DNA of 64,000 nt from Candidatus Latescibacterota bacterium (GTDB taxonomy: Bacteria > Latescibacterota > UBA2968 > UBA8231), in assembly GCA_965206595.1 (NCBI GenBank), contig OZ242214.1, positions 6,496,001-6,560,000 of the forward strand, in the 5' to 3' direction. The notes below the pieces were generated by a model, which was given only the letters and a program-made list of their open reading frames with translations, was not told where the DNA came from and did no database searches. Positions 19,389 through 29,486 of the stretch are shown one piece after another. Positions within the stretch are counted from its first letter, which is position 1; each line of letters starts with the position of its first letter. The position numbers and the translations under genes were made by a program.

Positions 19389-21422
19389 ATGGCGGAAACG
19401 GAAAACGCCGATCGGAACGCCCGTGGCGGCGACGCGGGCGACCGCGGGCTGACGCTGCGATCGTTCCTGCTCGGGGTCGGGTCGATCACGCTGATCAGTC
19501 TGCTGTTACAGGAGGTGACGTTGGCGCTGGGCGGCCCCGACCTGAACGAGTGGGCGCCGGCGGCGGGCCCGGTCGTGCTGCTGGGTATGCTCGTGCTGCT
19601 GCTTCTGGGGTTGCGAGGCCTGCTGCCGTGGCTGCGGCTGAGTCGCGGCGAACTGGTCGTCATCTACTGCATGGCCTATGTGGGTTCCGTGCTGTCGGGA
19701 ACCGGCCTGGTGCACCGGCTGCTCCCCGGCATGGTCACGAACCATTTCATGTACGCCGAACCGGGGACGTGGTACTATCCTTTCCTGAAATACATCCCCA
19801 CCTGGTTCGGTCCCGCCGCTGCCGATCCCGAGGCCGTGGACGAGTTTTTCGCGCCCACGGGCGCAGGCGTGCCCTGGGGGGCGTGGCTGCTGCCGCTGGC
19901 GGCCTGGTCGGTGCTGATCTGCAGTCTGTTCTTCGCCATGCTGTGCGTGGTTATTCTGCTGCGCCGGCAGTGGACGGAGACCGAGAATCTCAATTTCCCG
20001 ATAACACAGCTGCCACTGGCGCTCATCGGCGGCGACGCCGCGGGCGGCACCCTGGGTGGACTGCTGCGCCACCGATTGATGTGGATCGGCTTTGCCGTCT
20101 CCGCGCTGCTCCTGGGGTATAACGGCCTGACCAACTACGTGCAGGCGTTGACCCCGGTGAGTCTTGAGCTGGCCTTCGCGAACTTTCTGGTGGAAAAGCC
20201 CTGGAGCGCCGTGACGCTGGAAACCATGGCGCCTTCCGACCCCTTCCTGTTTTCGGTCTCGCCGCTGATGATCGGTATCGCCTATCTGTTCCCGCTGAAT
20301 ACGCTGTTCAGCGTCTGGCTCTTTTACCTGCTCACCCGCCTGCAACTGCTCGGTGCGGAGCTGATTGGTCTGTCTCACATGACGGCCACGAATCGGCTCA
20401 TGTTTTTTTCCGGCTCCAGGCAGTTTCCCTTCTTCGGCAGCCAGGCTCAGGGCGGCATCTACGTGCTTGTCATCTTCATGGTCTGGAGTGCCCGGTCGCA
20501 TCTGCGGGAACTCATCGGCAAAGCCTTCAGCTTCCGGCATGGCAGCCAGGACCGGGAGGGGGAGGAGCCGTTCTCCGCGGGGTTCACGCTCTGGGGCCTG
20601 TCCGGTGCGCTGGTCGTCTGCATAATCTGGGCTCATATGGCGGGCATGAGCGTGGGGTCCGGACTTGCCTTTTTCGTGCTCTTTCTGCTCCTGGCGCTGG
20701 CCTTTGCCCGCATGCGCGCCGAAGCGGGAGTGCCGTTCACCTACGAGCTGCTGCCGGTACCGTTCCTGATCTACATGGCGACGGGCACCGGTCCCCGAAT
20801 CTACTCCGCCTCCGACCATCAGATCTTCTCTCACCTGAACATGCTCTGCGCCAGTGGGTTCGGTATGTTGATGGTGATCCTCTTCGAATCGTACAAGATG
20901 GGGCAGGTCGCGGCCGTACCGGCGCGCCGCATGACCCTGGCGCTGGTGCTTGCTTTCGCACTGGGGCTGGTGATCGCCTACTGGGCCTCGTTGACGGCGA
21001 TCTACACCCACGGCCTGCAAGACATGGGGAGCGGCAACCAGTACGCCGCCCTAGCCTTCTACCAAGGTCGGGAGGTGCATCACACCGTGCACTGGGCACA
21101 CAAATCACAGCCCGTGGCGTGGCTGAATTACGCCTTCGAAGGGATCGGTTTTGCGATCACCGCCAGCCTGGCCGTTCTGCGGCGGATGTTCTCGCACTGG
21201 CCGCTGCATCCGATCGGCTTCGTGGTCGGCACCGGGTTTGGCTACAAACTGTGGTCCTCTGTACTCATCGCCTGGGCGATCAAGTCGACGATGCTGCGCT
21301 ACGGCGGGGTGCGCCTCTACCAGATGGCCATGCCGGCCTTTCTGGGGCTGGCCCTCGGACACCTGAGCATGGAGGTGTTCTGGGCGATCGTGGCGCTGGC
21401 GGTGGGTTCCGCCGGGGGGTAG
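19389..21422 (+). CDS. DUF6785/DUF6784-type polytopic membrane protein (putative transporter)
   Basis: Start ATG 19389; many TM helices; LSRGELVVIY, VPWGAWLLPLAAW, RRQWTETENLNFPI, RMRAEAG, WPLHPIGFV, LRYGGVRLY..PAFLGLALG. Confidence 0.75.
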   Translation: MAETENADRNARGGDAGDRGLTLRSFLLGVGSITLISLLLQEVTLALGGPDLNEWAPAAGPVVLLGMLVLLLLGLRGLLPWLRLSRGELVVIYCMAYVGSVLSGTGLVHRLLPGMVTNHFMYAEPGTWYYPFLKYIPTWFGPAAADPEAVDEFFAPTGAGVPWGAWLLPLAAWSVLICSLFFAMLCVVILLRRQWTETENLNFPITQLPLALIGGDAAGGTLGGLLRHRLMWIGFAVSALLLGYNGLTNYVQALTPVSLELAFANFLVEKPWSAVTLETMAPSDPFLFSVSPLMIGIAYLFPLNTLFSVWLFYLLTRLQLLGAELIGLSHMTATNRLMFFSGSRQFPFFGSQAQGGIYVLVIFMVWSARSHLRELIGKAFSFRHGSQDREGEEPFSAGFTLWGLSGALVVCIIWAHMAGMSVGSGLAFFVLFLLLALAFARMRAEAGVPFTYELLPVPFLIYMATGTGPRIYSASDHQIFSHLNMLCASGFGMLMVILFESYKMGQVAAVPARRMTLALVLAFALGLVIAYWASLTAIYTHGLQDMGSGNQYAALAFYQGREVHHTVHWAHKSQPVAWLNYAFEGIGFAITASLAVLRRMFSHWPLHPIGFVVGTGFGYKLWSSVLIAWAIKSTMLRYGGVRLYQMAMPAFLGLALGHLSMEVFWAIVALAVGSAGG

Positions 21423-21425
21423 GAC

Positions 21426-22901
21426 ATGAGCTCACCCCGCAACATCATCGTCGTCATGACCGACCAGCAGCGCCCGGACTTCATGGCCGGCGAGGGCTTT
21501 CCGCTGGATACCATGCCGCGCGTCGACGCCCTGTCGACGGAGGGCATCCGCTTCCGCAAGGCCTACACACCGGTCCCGCTGTGCCTGCCGGCCCGCTGCA
21601 GCTACCTGACGGGGCGCTTCCCGCGGGCCCACGGCGTCAAGGCCCACAGGATGGCAGAGCCCCGCTACGAGCGCGACCTGGTCGATGTTCTCAACAACGC
21701 CGGCTACACCACCGGGCTGGTGGGCAAGGACCACACCTATCGACAAGGGGCCCAGCGCGGGTTGTGCGGCCCCCCGGCCAGCCCCTACCACTTCCACCTG
21801 GGCGGCTGGTTCGTCGACGAGATGGCCCATCCCGATCCGGCCCTGCGCGACCGGCAGGAGGACTTCTGGCGTTGGATGCGCGAGCTTGCCCACGGAATCT
21901 CGGAGGAGCCGACGCCGTTTCCCGTGGGGTTGCTGCAGCCGGTCCGGGTGGTGGACGCGGCCATCGAGCTGCTCGAACAGATGCGCCGGGAGCCATTCTA
22001 CCTGTTTCTCGGCTTCGACCCGCCGCACAGTCCCTACCAGGTACCCGAGCCGTATTTCAGCCTGTTCCCTCCCGACGAGATCCCACCCCCGGCGGCGGGA
22101 AGGGAAGTCCTGGAAGGACGGAACTTCCAGTGGCGCTTCTCGCGGCGGCTGATCGAGGAGTACTGCCCGGATCCGGAGCGGCTGGTCCCCCGCTACCGGG
22201 CCAACTACTGCGGCATGCTGCGGTTGATCGACGATCAGGTGGGGCGACTGCTGGATTTCCTGGAACAGAGCGGCCTGAGCGAGAGCACGGTCGTGGTCTT
22301 CACCTCGGATCACTCCGATTACCTCGGCGACTACGGCCTGCAGCGCAAAGGGGTCGGACTGCCGGAGAATCTGGTGCGGATCCCGATGGTCTGGCGCGGG
22401 CCGGGGATCGTGCCGCGCTCTGAGGCCAGCATGGCGCACGTATCCCTGGTGGACGTGCTGCCGACACTGTGCGGCATGCTCGGGCTGGAGTCGCCCCAGG
22501 GGGTGCAGGGGAGGGACCTGTGGCCGCTGTTGAGTGGGGCCGGCGATGGGGCGGAGCTGGACTCGATGTACGCGGAAGCCGGGGTGGAGGGCCGGCCGTA
22601 TGCAGCGGAGGACGAGCCGCCGCTGCACGGGGGAAGCTTCACCCTGAAGTCGGTGGAGACTTATTGCGAGCTCAACGACGTCACCCAGACCGGCAAGTGG
22701 AAGATGGTGGTGAAGGGCGACTGGAAGCTGGTCGTGGATCCGTACGGCACGTGGGAGCTCTACGATCTGCGGGCCGATCCACACGAGCTGAGGAACCTGG
22801 CCGACGACGCGGCCCACAACGGCAGGCGGCAGGAGCTGGCCGAGGAACTGGTGCGCTGGGACATGCGGCTGGGGGATTCTCTTCCTGGGAGACGCAGATG
22901 A
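21426..22901 (+). CDS. Sulfatase (formylglycine-dependent S1 family), no signal peptide
   Basis: NIIVVMTDQQR, CLPAR (CxPxR), GKDH, PHSPY, FTSDH, ELYDLRADPHE. Confidence 0.9.
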   Translation: MSSPRNIIVVMTDQQRPDFMAGEGFPLDTMPRVDALSTEGIRFRKAYTPVPLCLPARCSYLTGRFPRAHGVKAHRMAEPRYERDLVDVLNNAGYTTGLVGKDHTYRQGAQRGLCGPPASPYHFHLGGWFVDEMAHPDPALRDRQEDFWRWMRELAHGISEEPTPFPVGLLQPVRVVDAAIELLEQMRREPFYLFLGFDPPHSPYQVPEPYFSLFPPDEIPPPAAGREVLEGRNFQWRFSRRLIEEYCPDPERLVPRYRANYCGMLRLIDDQVGRLLDFLEQSGLSESTVVVFTSDHSDYLGDYGLQRKGVGLPENLVRIPMVWRGPGIVPRSEASMAHVSLVDVLPTLCGMLGLESPQGVQGRDLWPLLSGAGDGAELDSMYAEAGVEGRPYAAEDEPPLHGGSFTLKSVETYCELNDVTQTGKWKMVVKGDWKLVVDPYGTWELYDLRADPHELRNLADDAAHNGRRQELAEELVRWDMRLGDSLPGRRR

Positions 22902-22922
22902 ACACGGGCCTGTCCGATCACC

Positions 22923-25900
22923 TCAGATGCCCAGCTCCTGATGGACCTCGCCGGAGGATGTGCTCAGTCTGACCTTCCACCGGGTGTAACCGCCGTCGAC
23001 AGTGACCTCGGCTTCGCCGGCGTCGGTCTGCAGCTCGAATCCGTAGTGGTCCGGTCTGACCGCGATCTCCGGCAGCGGGCCGTCGGCGCGATGGGCGGTG
23101 AGCATGGCGAGGAAGGGCCGGCCCGGTTGCGCATGGGCGCGCAGAATCATCGCGTGCTCCCCTCCGGTGCGGGCAAACAAGTCCCTCTCGCGGATGTCTT
23201 CGCGGGACCAGTACCAGGTGCGCTTGTACTCCGCCATCTGTCCAGGCTCATAAGAGCCGAGATGCGCATAGCTGCTGGTCAGCAGGTCGGGCTCCTGCGG
23301 TCGGGCGAAAGCGACGGCCAGGTCGATCCCGAGCTGTCCTTTGAAACGAGCCGTGGTCCCGGTCGCCCGCACGTTGTCGGCCAGAACCTGAATGCTCCAG
23401 TCGGTGGGCAGGGTTCCCGCGATGTCGTCGAGCAGCACCAGGGTTTCCAGGGGTTTCAGGTACAGCAGGTGACGGCGCCAGCGGTGTTCAGGCACCTGCT
23501 CCCACGGCGCGCTGACGTACTCGAAATGCTGGTGTCGAAAACGCCGCGGCCATTCGGGGAACTCCTGCAGCTCGGAGATGGTCTGTTCGGCGCAGAGAAA
23601 GTCGATCTCGGGGGAAAACCGGTGGGCGAGGAAACGCCCGGGATTGCGGCGGTCCTGCCTGTGGTCGATGGAGATGCGGTTGTTCATCCAGGGCTGGTCC
23701 ATCATCGGGCTGTACCCGGTCATGTAGTCGATCAGCATCGGGGTCCCGTAGGCATACCAGATGAAGCTGCCCTCGTCGCCGTCGAAGTGCCCCCTGTTTT
23801 TGCCGGTCTTGAACATGAGGAAGCCCTCGGTCCGCTTCCCGTCCCCGTGGCGGTGCCTCAGCATGGCCCCGGTCTTGCCGCACAGGCGCGAGTCGGCGAC
23901 CTCGACTTCGACATCGTCGTCGAGCAGATCGCGGTCGATGAAACACAAGGGCTGGGCCCAGATTGTACAACCGTGCGCTCCGGCATCGCGCCAGTTTATG
24001 ATGTAGGATCCGCATGCCCGCCAGGCGCGCATGCAGCGCAGGCTGAATTCCGGATCGATGGGGCGGTACACCTTCGCCGCCAGGGCCAGGAAGGCCGACT
24101 GGGAAAAACCGCCGGAGGAACCCGATGCCGTATGCCCGAGCGGCGGGTACATCCGCTTGTTTTTGTTGCGCGGGTCGGGCGGCGTCAGGGTATCGATCCA
24201 GTACTCGAGGGCTTTTCGAAACCGCGGCTTTTCTAGTAACGGTCGGGCTTCGTCGGTGCCCATGATCAGGGCGCACTGCAGGAAATAGCCGAAATCAATG
24301 GTCTGATAGGTAAGCGCTTCATTCCCGGTCCCGGCGTCATCGATTTCGTTTTCCAGCACCCAGTCGATCTGATCGCGGATGGCGGCGAACCACTGCTTCT
24401 GCTTGGGATGTCCCTCGGCTCGACCCCCCAGGACGGCGCGCCCGAAGATCACGTGGGTGTTGAAATTCCGCATGCTGAGCGCCAGGCCCGATTCGTAGCG
24501 CGGCCAGGTGTCTTCGCTGATGATGGTCTCGGCCAGAAACAGCATCTTGCGCAGCAGGGCCAGGCGCTCCTCCGCGGTGAACTGCCCGCTGCCGAGAATG
24601 AAATCGAGAGCGAGCGCGTCGCGCGGAATCGACTGAGCCAGACTGATGCCGAAATTCCGCTCGTTGCCGATGCTGTACCCGAGCATGCACTCGACCAGGG
24701 GCGCAAATCGTGGAACCAGCTCTTCCTTGGCGCGTGCGGCGTAGGATTCGTCGCCGGTGGCCAGGTACCCGCCGGCCAGATCGCGCCCGATCGGGGGCAG
24801 TCCCTTGGCCAGCAGCATATCCTCTCCGGCGAGACTGTTGAAGAACTCGTCCTCGACATGGGCGAAGAAGGTCCCCCTGAACCAGTCCCATTCGTCCAGT
24901 GTCCTGCGGATCTCCGGCAGCTCGCCGGCGCCGAGAAAGATGCCGGGAAAGCGGGCCTCTTCGATGCCGGGCCAGTCGAGATCCATCCGGGCGTAGTCGT
25001 CGAGCCCCAGCGCCATCAGCCGCGCGCACAGACGGTCGATGTCGTTGGCGGGATTCCGCCCCGGCTCGCAGGAAAGATCGGCCTCTTCCCGGTCGAGCAT
25101 GGCCAGCGCGAACGGCCTGACGCCTTCCTGCAGCGGCAGCGCCAGATCGATGCGCTTTTCGCCGTCGACCTCGGCCGCCGAGTGCTGCGCCCAGCGCAGC
25201 CGGTTGGCGTGGGTGTAGCCCGCTCCGGAGGGATGCCGCGTCCACAGCTCTCCTGCGGCCACCCGGGTCTGGGAGGGGCGGATAGGGGCCACCATCAGCA
25301 CGTCCCGCCGCTCGCCGCCGGCATACCAGCCTGCCCAGATGTTGCTGCGATCAAATCCGTGCAGGTACATAAGCCCCAGCTCCATGCGCTCGGGTTCCGC
25401 AGGATAGCGCATGGAGTAGGTATGCCGGTGGTAGTCGAACTGGCGATAGATGGGCACCCGCGGGGACTGGGACGGGCGCCAGTACGCCTGGGTCGGCTCG
25501 AAGCCGCGCCCGAGGTGCCACACCACCGCCCCTTCCGCGTCGCCCTCCTGCTCCTGCCAGTAGCGCAGCGCGGCGGTGGCCGCGTCGACTTCCCAGGTCA
25601 GCCGGAGGGTGGAACCGTCGGCCAGCGCCCAGGTCTGGCGCAAGCGCACCACCACCGGACCGCCGGCAAGGAGCTCGCAGCGCAGGTCTTGCGCCGGCGG
25701 CGTGTCGGCGGCGAAGGAGGAGCCGCCGAACCAGATGCCGTCGGCACCACGGACGGCGATCATCGGACCGGCTTGCGGGTCGGCCCCGTCCCAGCTTATG
25801 CGCAGACCGAAGGACGCATTGGTCACCTCCGCTACACCGGGCGAGATCTTCAGGGAAAGAGGAGTGTCCGGTGGCGCGGCCGCCTCGCGCAGGGCGAAGG

Positions 25901-26105
25901 ATTTGCGCGCCCCCGCGGGCAGATCCGTCACCCATGCGACCTTCGGCTCCGTGGCATGCAGCTGAGCCGCCGTCGCATTTCCGCTTTCGTCGATTACCTC
26001 CAGACAATCTGTCTGAGGTCTCGACTGCAGGTCGTGCCACACCACTTCGTCCGGCCAGTCGTGGTCGACGTACTCAACCAGATCCCATTCTTCCATCACC
26101 CGCAT
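22923..26105 (-). CDS. Heparinase II/III-like polysaccharide lyase-fold protein, copy A (1060 aa)
   Basis: GAGGAG RBS before ATG 26105 (MRVMEEWD); helical region YLATGDESYAARAKE, RNFN, NEALTY, PPLGH; C-terminal GHFDGDEGSFIWYAYGTPMLID..NNRI, WRRHLLY..LVLLDDI. Confidence 0.7.
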   Translation of the reverse strand: MRVMEEWDLVEYVDHDWPDEVVWHDLQSRPQTDCLEVIDESGNATAAQLHATEPKVAWVTDLPAGARKSFALREAAAPPDTPLSLKISPGVAEVTNASFGLRISWDGADPQAGPMIAVRGADGIWFGGSSFAADTPPAQDLRCELLAGGPVVVRLRQTWALADGSTLRLTWEVDAATAALRYWQEQEGDAEGAVVWHLGRGFEPTQAYWRPSQSPRVPIYRQFDYHRHTYSMRYPAEPERMELGLMYLHGFDRSNIWAGWYAGGERRDVLMVAPIRPSQTRVAAGELWTRHPSGAGYTHANRLRWAQHSAAEVDGEKRIDLALPLQEGVRPFALAMLDREEADLSCEPGRNPANDIDRLCARLMALGLDDYARMDLDWPGIEEARFPGIFLGAGELPEIRRTLDEWDWFRGTFFAHVEDEFFNSLAGEDMLLAKGLPPIGRDLAGGYLATGDESYAARAKEELVPRFAPLVECMLGYSIGNERNFGISLAQSIPRDALALDFILGSGQFTAEERLALLRKMLFLAETIISEDTWPRYESGLALSMRNFNTHVIFGRAVLGGRAEGHPKQKQWFAAIRDQIDWVLENEIDDAGTGNEALTYQTIDFGYFLQCALIMGTDEARPLLEKPRFRKALEYWIDTLTPPDPRNKNKRMYPPLGHTASGSSGGFSQSAFLALAAKVYRPIDPEFSLRCMRAWRACGSYIINWRDAGAHGCTIWAQPLCFIDRDLLDDDVEVEVADSRLCGKTGAMLRHRHGDGKRTEGFLMFKTGKNRGHFDGDEGSFIWYAYGTPMLIDYMTGYSPMMDQPWMNNRISIDHRQDRRNPGRFLAHRFSPEIDFLCAEQTISELQEFPEWPRRFRHQHFEYVSAPWEQVPEHRWRRHLLYLKPLETLVLLDDIAGTLPTDWSIQVLADNVRATGTTARFKGQLGIDLAVAFARPQEPDLLTSSYAHLGSYEPGQMAEYKRTWYWSREDIRERDLFARTGGEHAMILRAHAQPGRPFLAMLTAHRADGPLPEIAVRPDHYGFELQTDAGEAEVTVDGGYTRWKVRLSTSSGEVHQELGI

Positions 26106-26137
26106 TCGTGTCTCCTCTGTCGGACTCACCCACTTCA

Positions 26138-29100
26138 TCAGATGCCCAGCTCCTGATAGACCTCCCCGGAGGATGTGCGCAGCCTGACCTTCCACCGGGT
26201 GTAATCGCCGTCGACGCTGACCTCGGCTTCGCCGGTGTCGGTCTGCAGCTCGAATCCGTGGTGGTCGGGTCTGACCGCGATCTCCGGCAGCGGGCCGTCG
26301 CCGCGATGGGCGGTGAGCATGGCGAGGAAGGGCCGGCCCGGTTGCGCATGGGCGCGCAGAATCATCGCGTGCTCCCCTCCGGTGCGGGCAAACAAGTCGC
26401 CCTCGCCGATGTCTTCGCGGGACCAGTACCAAGTGCGCTTGTACTCCCCCATCTGTCCCCGTTCGTATTTGCCGAGATGGGCAAAGCCGCTGGTAAGCAG
26501 ATCGGGCTCGTGCGGGTGGGCGAAAGCCGCGACCATGTCGATCCCGAGCTGACCTTTGAAGCGGGCGCTGGTCCCGGTTGTCCGCACGTTGTCGGCCAGA
26601 ACCTGAATGCTCCAGTCGGTGGGCAGAGTGCCGGCGATGTCGTCGAGCAGCACCAGCGTCTCCAGGGGTTTCAGGTACAGCAGGTGACGGCGCCAGCGGT
26701 GTTCCGGCACCTGCTCCCACGGCGCGCGGTCGTATTCGAACACCTGGTGGCGAAAGCGCCGCGGCCATTCGGGGAACTCCTGCAGCTCGGAGATGATCTG
26801 TTCGGCGCAGAGAAAGTCGATCTCAGGGGAAAACCGGTGGGCGAGGAAACGCCCGGGATTGCGGCGGTCCTGCCTGTGGTCGATGGAGATGCGGTTGTTC
26901 ATCCAGGGCTGAGACATCAGTGGACTGTAGCCGGTCATGTAGTCGATCAGCATCGGGGTCCCGTAGGCATACCAGATGAAGCTGCCCTCGTCGCCGTCGA
27001 AGTGCCCCCTGTTGTTTCCGGTCTTGAACATGAGGAAGCCTTCGGTCCGCTTCCCGTCCCCGTGGCGGTGGCGAAGCATGGCGCCGGTCCTGCCGCACAG
27101 GCGCGAGTCGGCGACATCGACTTCGAGATCGTCGTCGAGCAGATCGCGGTCGATGAAACACAAGGGCTGGGCCCAGATTGTACAACCGTGCGCTCCGGCA
27201 TCGCGCCAGTTCATGACGTAGGAGCCGCAGGCGCGCCAGGCGCGCATGCAGCGCAGGCTGAAGTCGCGATCGATGGGGCGGTAGACCTTTGCCGCCAGGG
27301 CCAGGAAGGTCGACTGGGCGAAACCGTCCGATCCGGATGACGTATGCCCGAGCGGCGGGTACATGCGCTTGTTCCTGTTGCGCGGATCCGGCGGCGTCAG
27401 GGTATCGATCCAGTACTCGAGGGCTTTTCGAAACCGCGGCTTTTCGAGAAACGGCCGGGCCTCGTCGGTGCCCATGGTCAGGGCGCACTGCAGGAAATAG
27501 CCGAAATCGAGAATCTGGTAGGTAAGCGCTTCGTTCCCGGTTCCCGCCTCGTCGATTTCGTTCTCCAGGACCCAGTCGATCTGATCGCGGATGACGGCGA
27601 ACCACTGTTTCTGCCTGGGATGTCCGTCGGCTCGACCCGCTAGGACCGCGCGCCCGAAAATCACGTGGGTGTTGAAATTCCGCATGCTGAGCGCCAGGCC
27701 AGATTCGTAGCGCGGCCAGGTATCTTCGCTGATGATGGTCTCGGCCAGGAACAGCATCTTGCGCAGCAGGGCCAGGCGCTCCTGAGCGGTGAACTGACCG
27801 CTGCCGAGAATGAAATCGAGGGCGAGCGCGTCGCGCGGAATCCACTGTCCCAGGCTCATGCCGAAATTCAGCTCGTTGCCGATGCTGTATCCGAGCATGT
27901 GTTCGACCAGGTGGGCAAAGCGTGGAACCAGCTCTTCCTTGGCGCGCGCCGCGTAGGATTCGTCCCCGGTGGCCAGGTATCCGCCCGCCAGATCGCGCCC
28001 GATCGGGGGAAGCCCCTTGGACAGCAGCATATCCTCTGCGGCGAGACTGTTGAAGAACTCGTCCTCGACATGGGCGAAGAAGGTCTCCCTGAACCAGTCC
28101 CATTCCTCCAGCGTCCTGCGGATCTCCGGCAGCTCGCCGGCGCCGAGAAAGATGCCGGGAAAGCGAGCCTCTTCGATGCCGGGCCAATCGAGATCCATAC
28201 GGGCGTAATCGTTCAGACCCAGCGCCATCAGCCGCGCGCACAGACGGTCGATGTCGTTGGCGGGATTCCTCCCCGGCTCGAAGGAAAGGTCGGCCCCTTG
28301 GCGGTCGAGCATGGCCAGCGCGAACGGCCTGGCGCCTTCCTGCAGGGGCAGCGCCAGGTCGATGCGCTTCTCGCCGTCGATCTCGGCCGCCGAGTGCTGC
28401 GCCCAGCGCAGCCGGTTGGCGTGGGTGTATCCCGCGCCTGAAGGGTGCCGCGTCCACAGCTCCCCTGCGGCCACCCGGGTCCGGGAGGGGCGGATGGGCG
28501 CCACCATCAGCACGTCCCGCCGCTCGCCGCCGGCATACCAGCCCGCCCAGACATTGCTGCGGTCAAAGCCGTGCAGGTACATCAACCCCAGCTCCATGCG
28601 CTCGGGCTCCGACGGATAGCGCATGGAGTAAGTATGCCGGTGGTAATCGTGCTGGCGATGGATGGGCACCCGCGAGGAGGTGTGCGGGCGCCAGTACGCC
28701 TGGGTCGGCTCGAAGCCGCGCCCGAGGTGCCAGACCACGGCTCCGTCGGCGTCTCCCTTTTGCTCCTGCCGGTAGCGCACCGCGGCGGTGGCCGCGTCGA
28801 CTTCGTAGGTCAGCCGGAGGGTGGAGCCGTCGGCCAGCGCAAAGGTCTGGCGCAACCGAACCACCACCGGACCGCCGGCAAGGACCTCGCACCGCAGGTC
28901 TCGCGGTTCCGGCGTGTCCGCGGCGAAGGAGGAGCCGCCGAACCAGATGCCGTCGACCCCGCGGACGGCGACGATCGGACCGGCTTGCGGGTCGGCCCCG
29001 TCCCAGCTTATGCGCAGACCGAAGGACGCATTGGTCACCTCCGCTACACCGGGCGAGATCTTCAGGGAAAGAGGAGTGTCCGGTGGCGCGGCCGCCTCGC

Positions 29101-29317
29101 GCAGGGCGAAGGATTTGCGCGCCCCCGCGGGCAGATCCGTCACCCATGCGACCTTCGGATCCGTGGCATGCAGCTGAGCCGCCGTCGCATTTCCGCTTTC
29201 GTCGATTACCTCCAGACAATCTGTCTGAGGTCTCGACTGCAGGTCGTGCCACACCACTTCGTCCGGCCAGTCGTGGTCGACGTACTCAACCAGATCCCAT
29301 TCTTCCATCACCCGCAT
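26138..29317 (-). CDS. Heparinase II/III-like polysaccharide lyase-fold protein, copy B (1059 aa)
   Basis: AAGGAG RBS before ATG 29317; full-length close paralog of copy A. Confidence 0.7.
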   Translation of the reverse strand: MRVMEEWDLVEYVDHDWPDEVVWHDLQSRPQTDCLEVIDESGNATAAQLHATDPKVAWVTDLPAGARKSFALREAAAPPDTPLSLKISPGVAEVTNASFGLRISWDGADPQAGPIVAVRGVDGIWFGGSSFAADTPEPRDLRCEVLAGGPVVVRLRQTFALADGSTLRLTYEVDAATAAVRYRQEQKGDADGAVVWHLGRGFEPTQAYWRPHTSSRVPIHRQHDYHRHTYSMRYPSEPERMELGLMYLHGFDRSNVWAGWYAGGERRDVLMVAPIRPSRTRVAAGELWTRHPSGAGYTHANRLRWAQHSAAEIDGEKRIDLALPLQEGARPFALAMLDRQGADLSFEPGRNPANDIDRLCARLMALGLNDYARMDLDWPGIEEARFPGIFLGAGELPEIRRTLEEWDWFRETFFAHVEDEFFNSLAAEDMLLSKGLPPIGRDLAGGYLATGDESYAARAKEELVPRFAHLVEHMLGYSIGNELNFGMSLGQWIPRDALALDFILGSGQFTAQERLALLRKMLFLAETIISEDTWPRYESGLALSMRNFNTHVIFGRAVLAGRADGHPRQKQWFAVIRDQIDWVLENEIDEAGTGNEALTYQILDFGYFLQCALTMGTDEARPFLEKPRFRKALEYWIDTLTPPDPRNRNKRMYPPLGHTSSGSDGFAQSTFLALAAKVYRPIDRDFSLRCMRAWRACGSYVMNWRDAGAHGCTIWAQPLCFIDRDLLDDDLEVDVADSRLCGRTGAMLRHRHGDGKRTEGFLMFKTGNNRGHFDGDEGSFIWYAYGTPMLIDYMTGYSPLMSQPWMNNRISIDHRQDRRNPGRFLAHRFSPEIDFLCAEQIISELQEFPEWPRRFRHQVFEYDRAPWEQVPEHRWRRHLLYLKPLETLVLLDDIAGTLPTDWSIQVLADNVRTTGTSARFKGQLGIDMVAAFAHPHEPDLLTSGFAHLGKYERGQMGEYKRTWYWSREDIGEGDLFARTGGEHAMILRAHAQPGRPFLAMLTAHRGDGPLPEIAVRPDHHGFELQTDTGEAEVSVDGDYTRWKVRLRTSSGEVYQELGI

Positions 29318-29486
29318 TCGTGTCTCCTTTGCTCCGGACCCCACCCGCTTCTTGTCCCCACTTTTCTGCCCGTGGCCTGCATCACCCTTGAGATTGGTCC
29401 GAGCGCTCTGGATGCCTCCCGAAGGCCCTCTATATTGAGGCTCGATCCGGTCGACGGAAAAGATTGAACAACGAGAGATATCGTCA

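Larger units (their letters stand above)
22923..29328. repeat. Tandem direct duplication of a ~3.2-kb gene (22923-26116 and 26138-29328)
   Basis: Colinear nucleotide similarity from stop codon through RBS; offset 3212 nt at the 5' end, with a one-codon indel. Confidence 0.95.

Noticed and set aside
26106-26768. N-terminal extension of lyase copy A (1281-aa ORF), and likewise 29318-29611 for copy B
   Set aside because: They overlap neighbouring genes; homology between copies and the RBS both start at MRVMEEWD.
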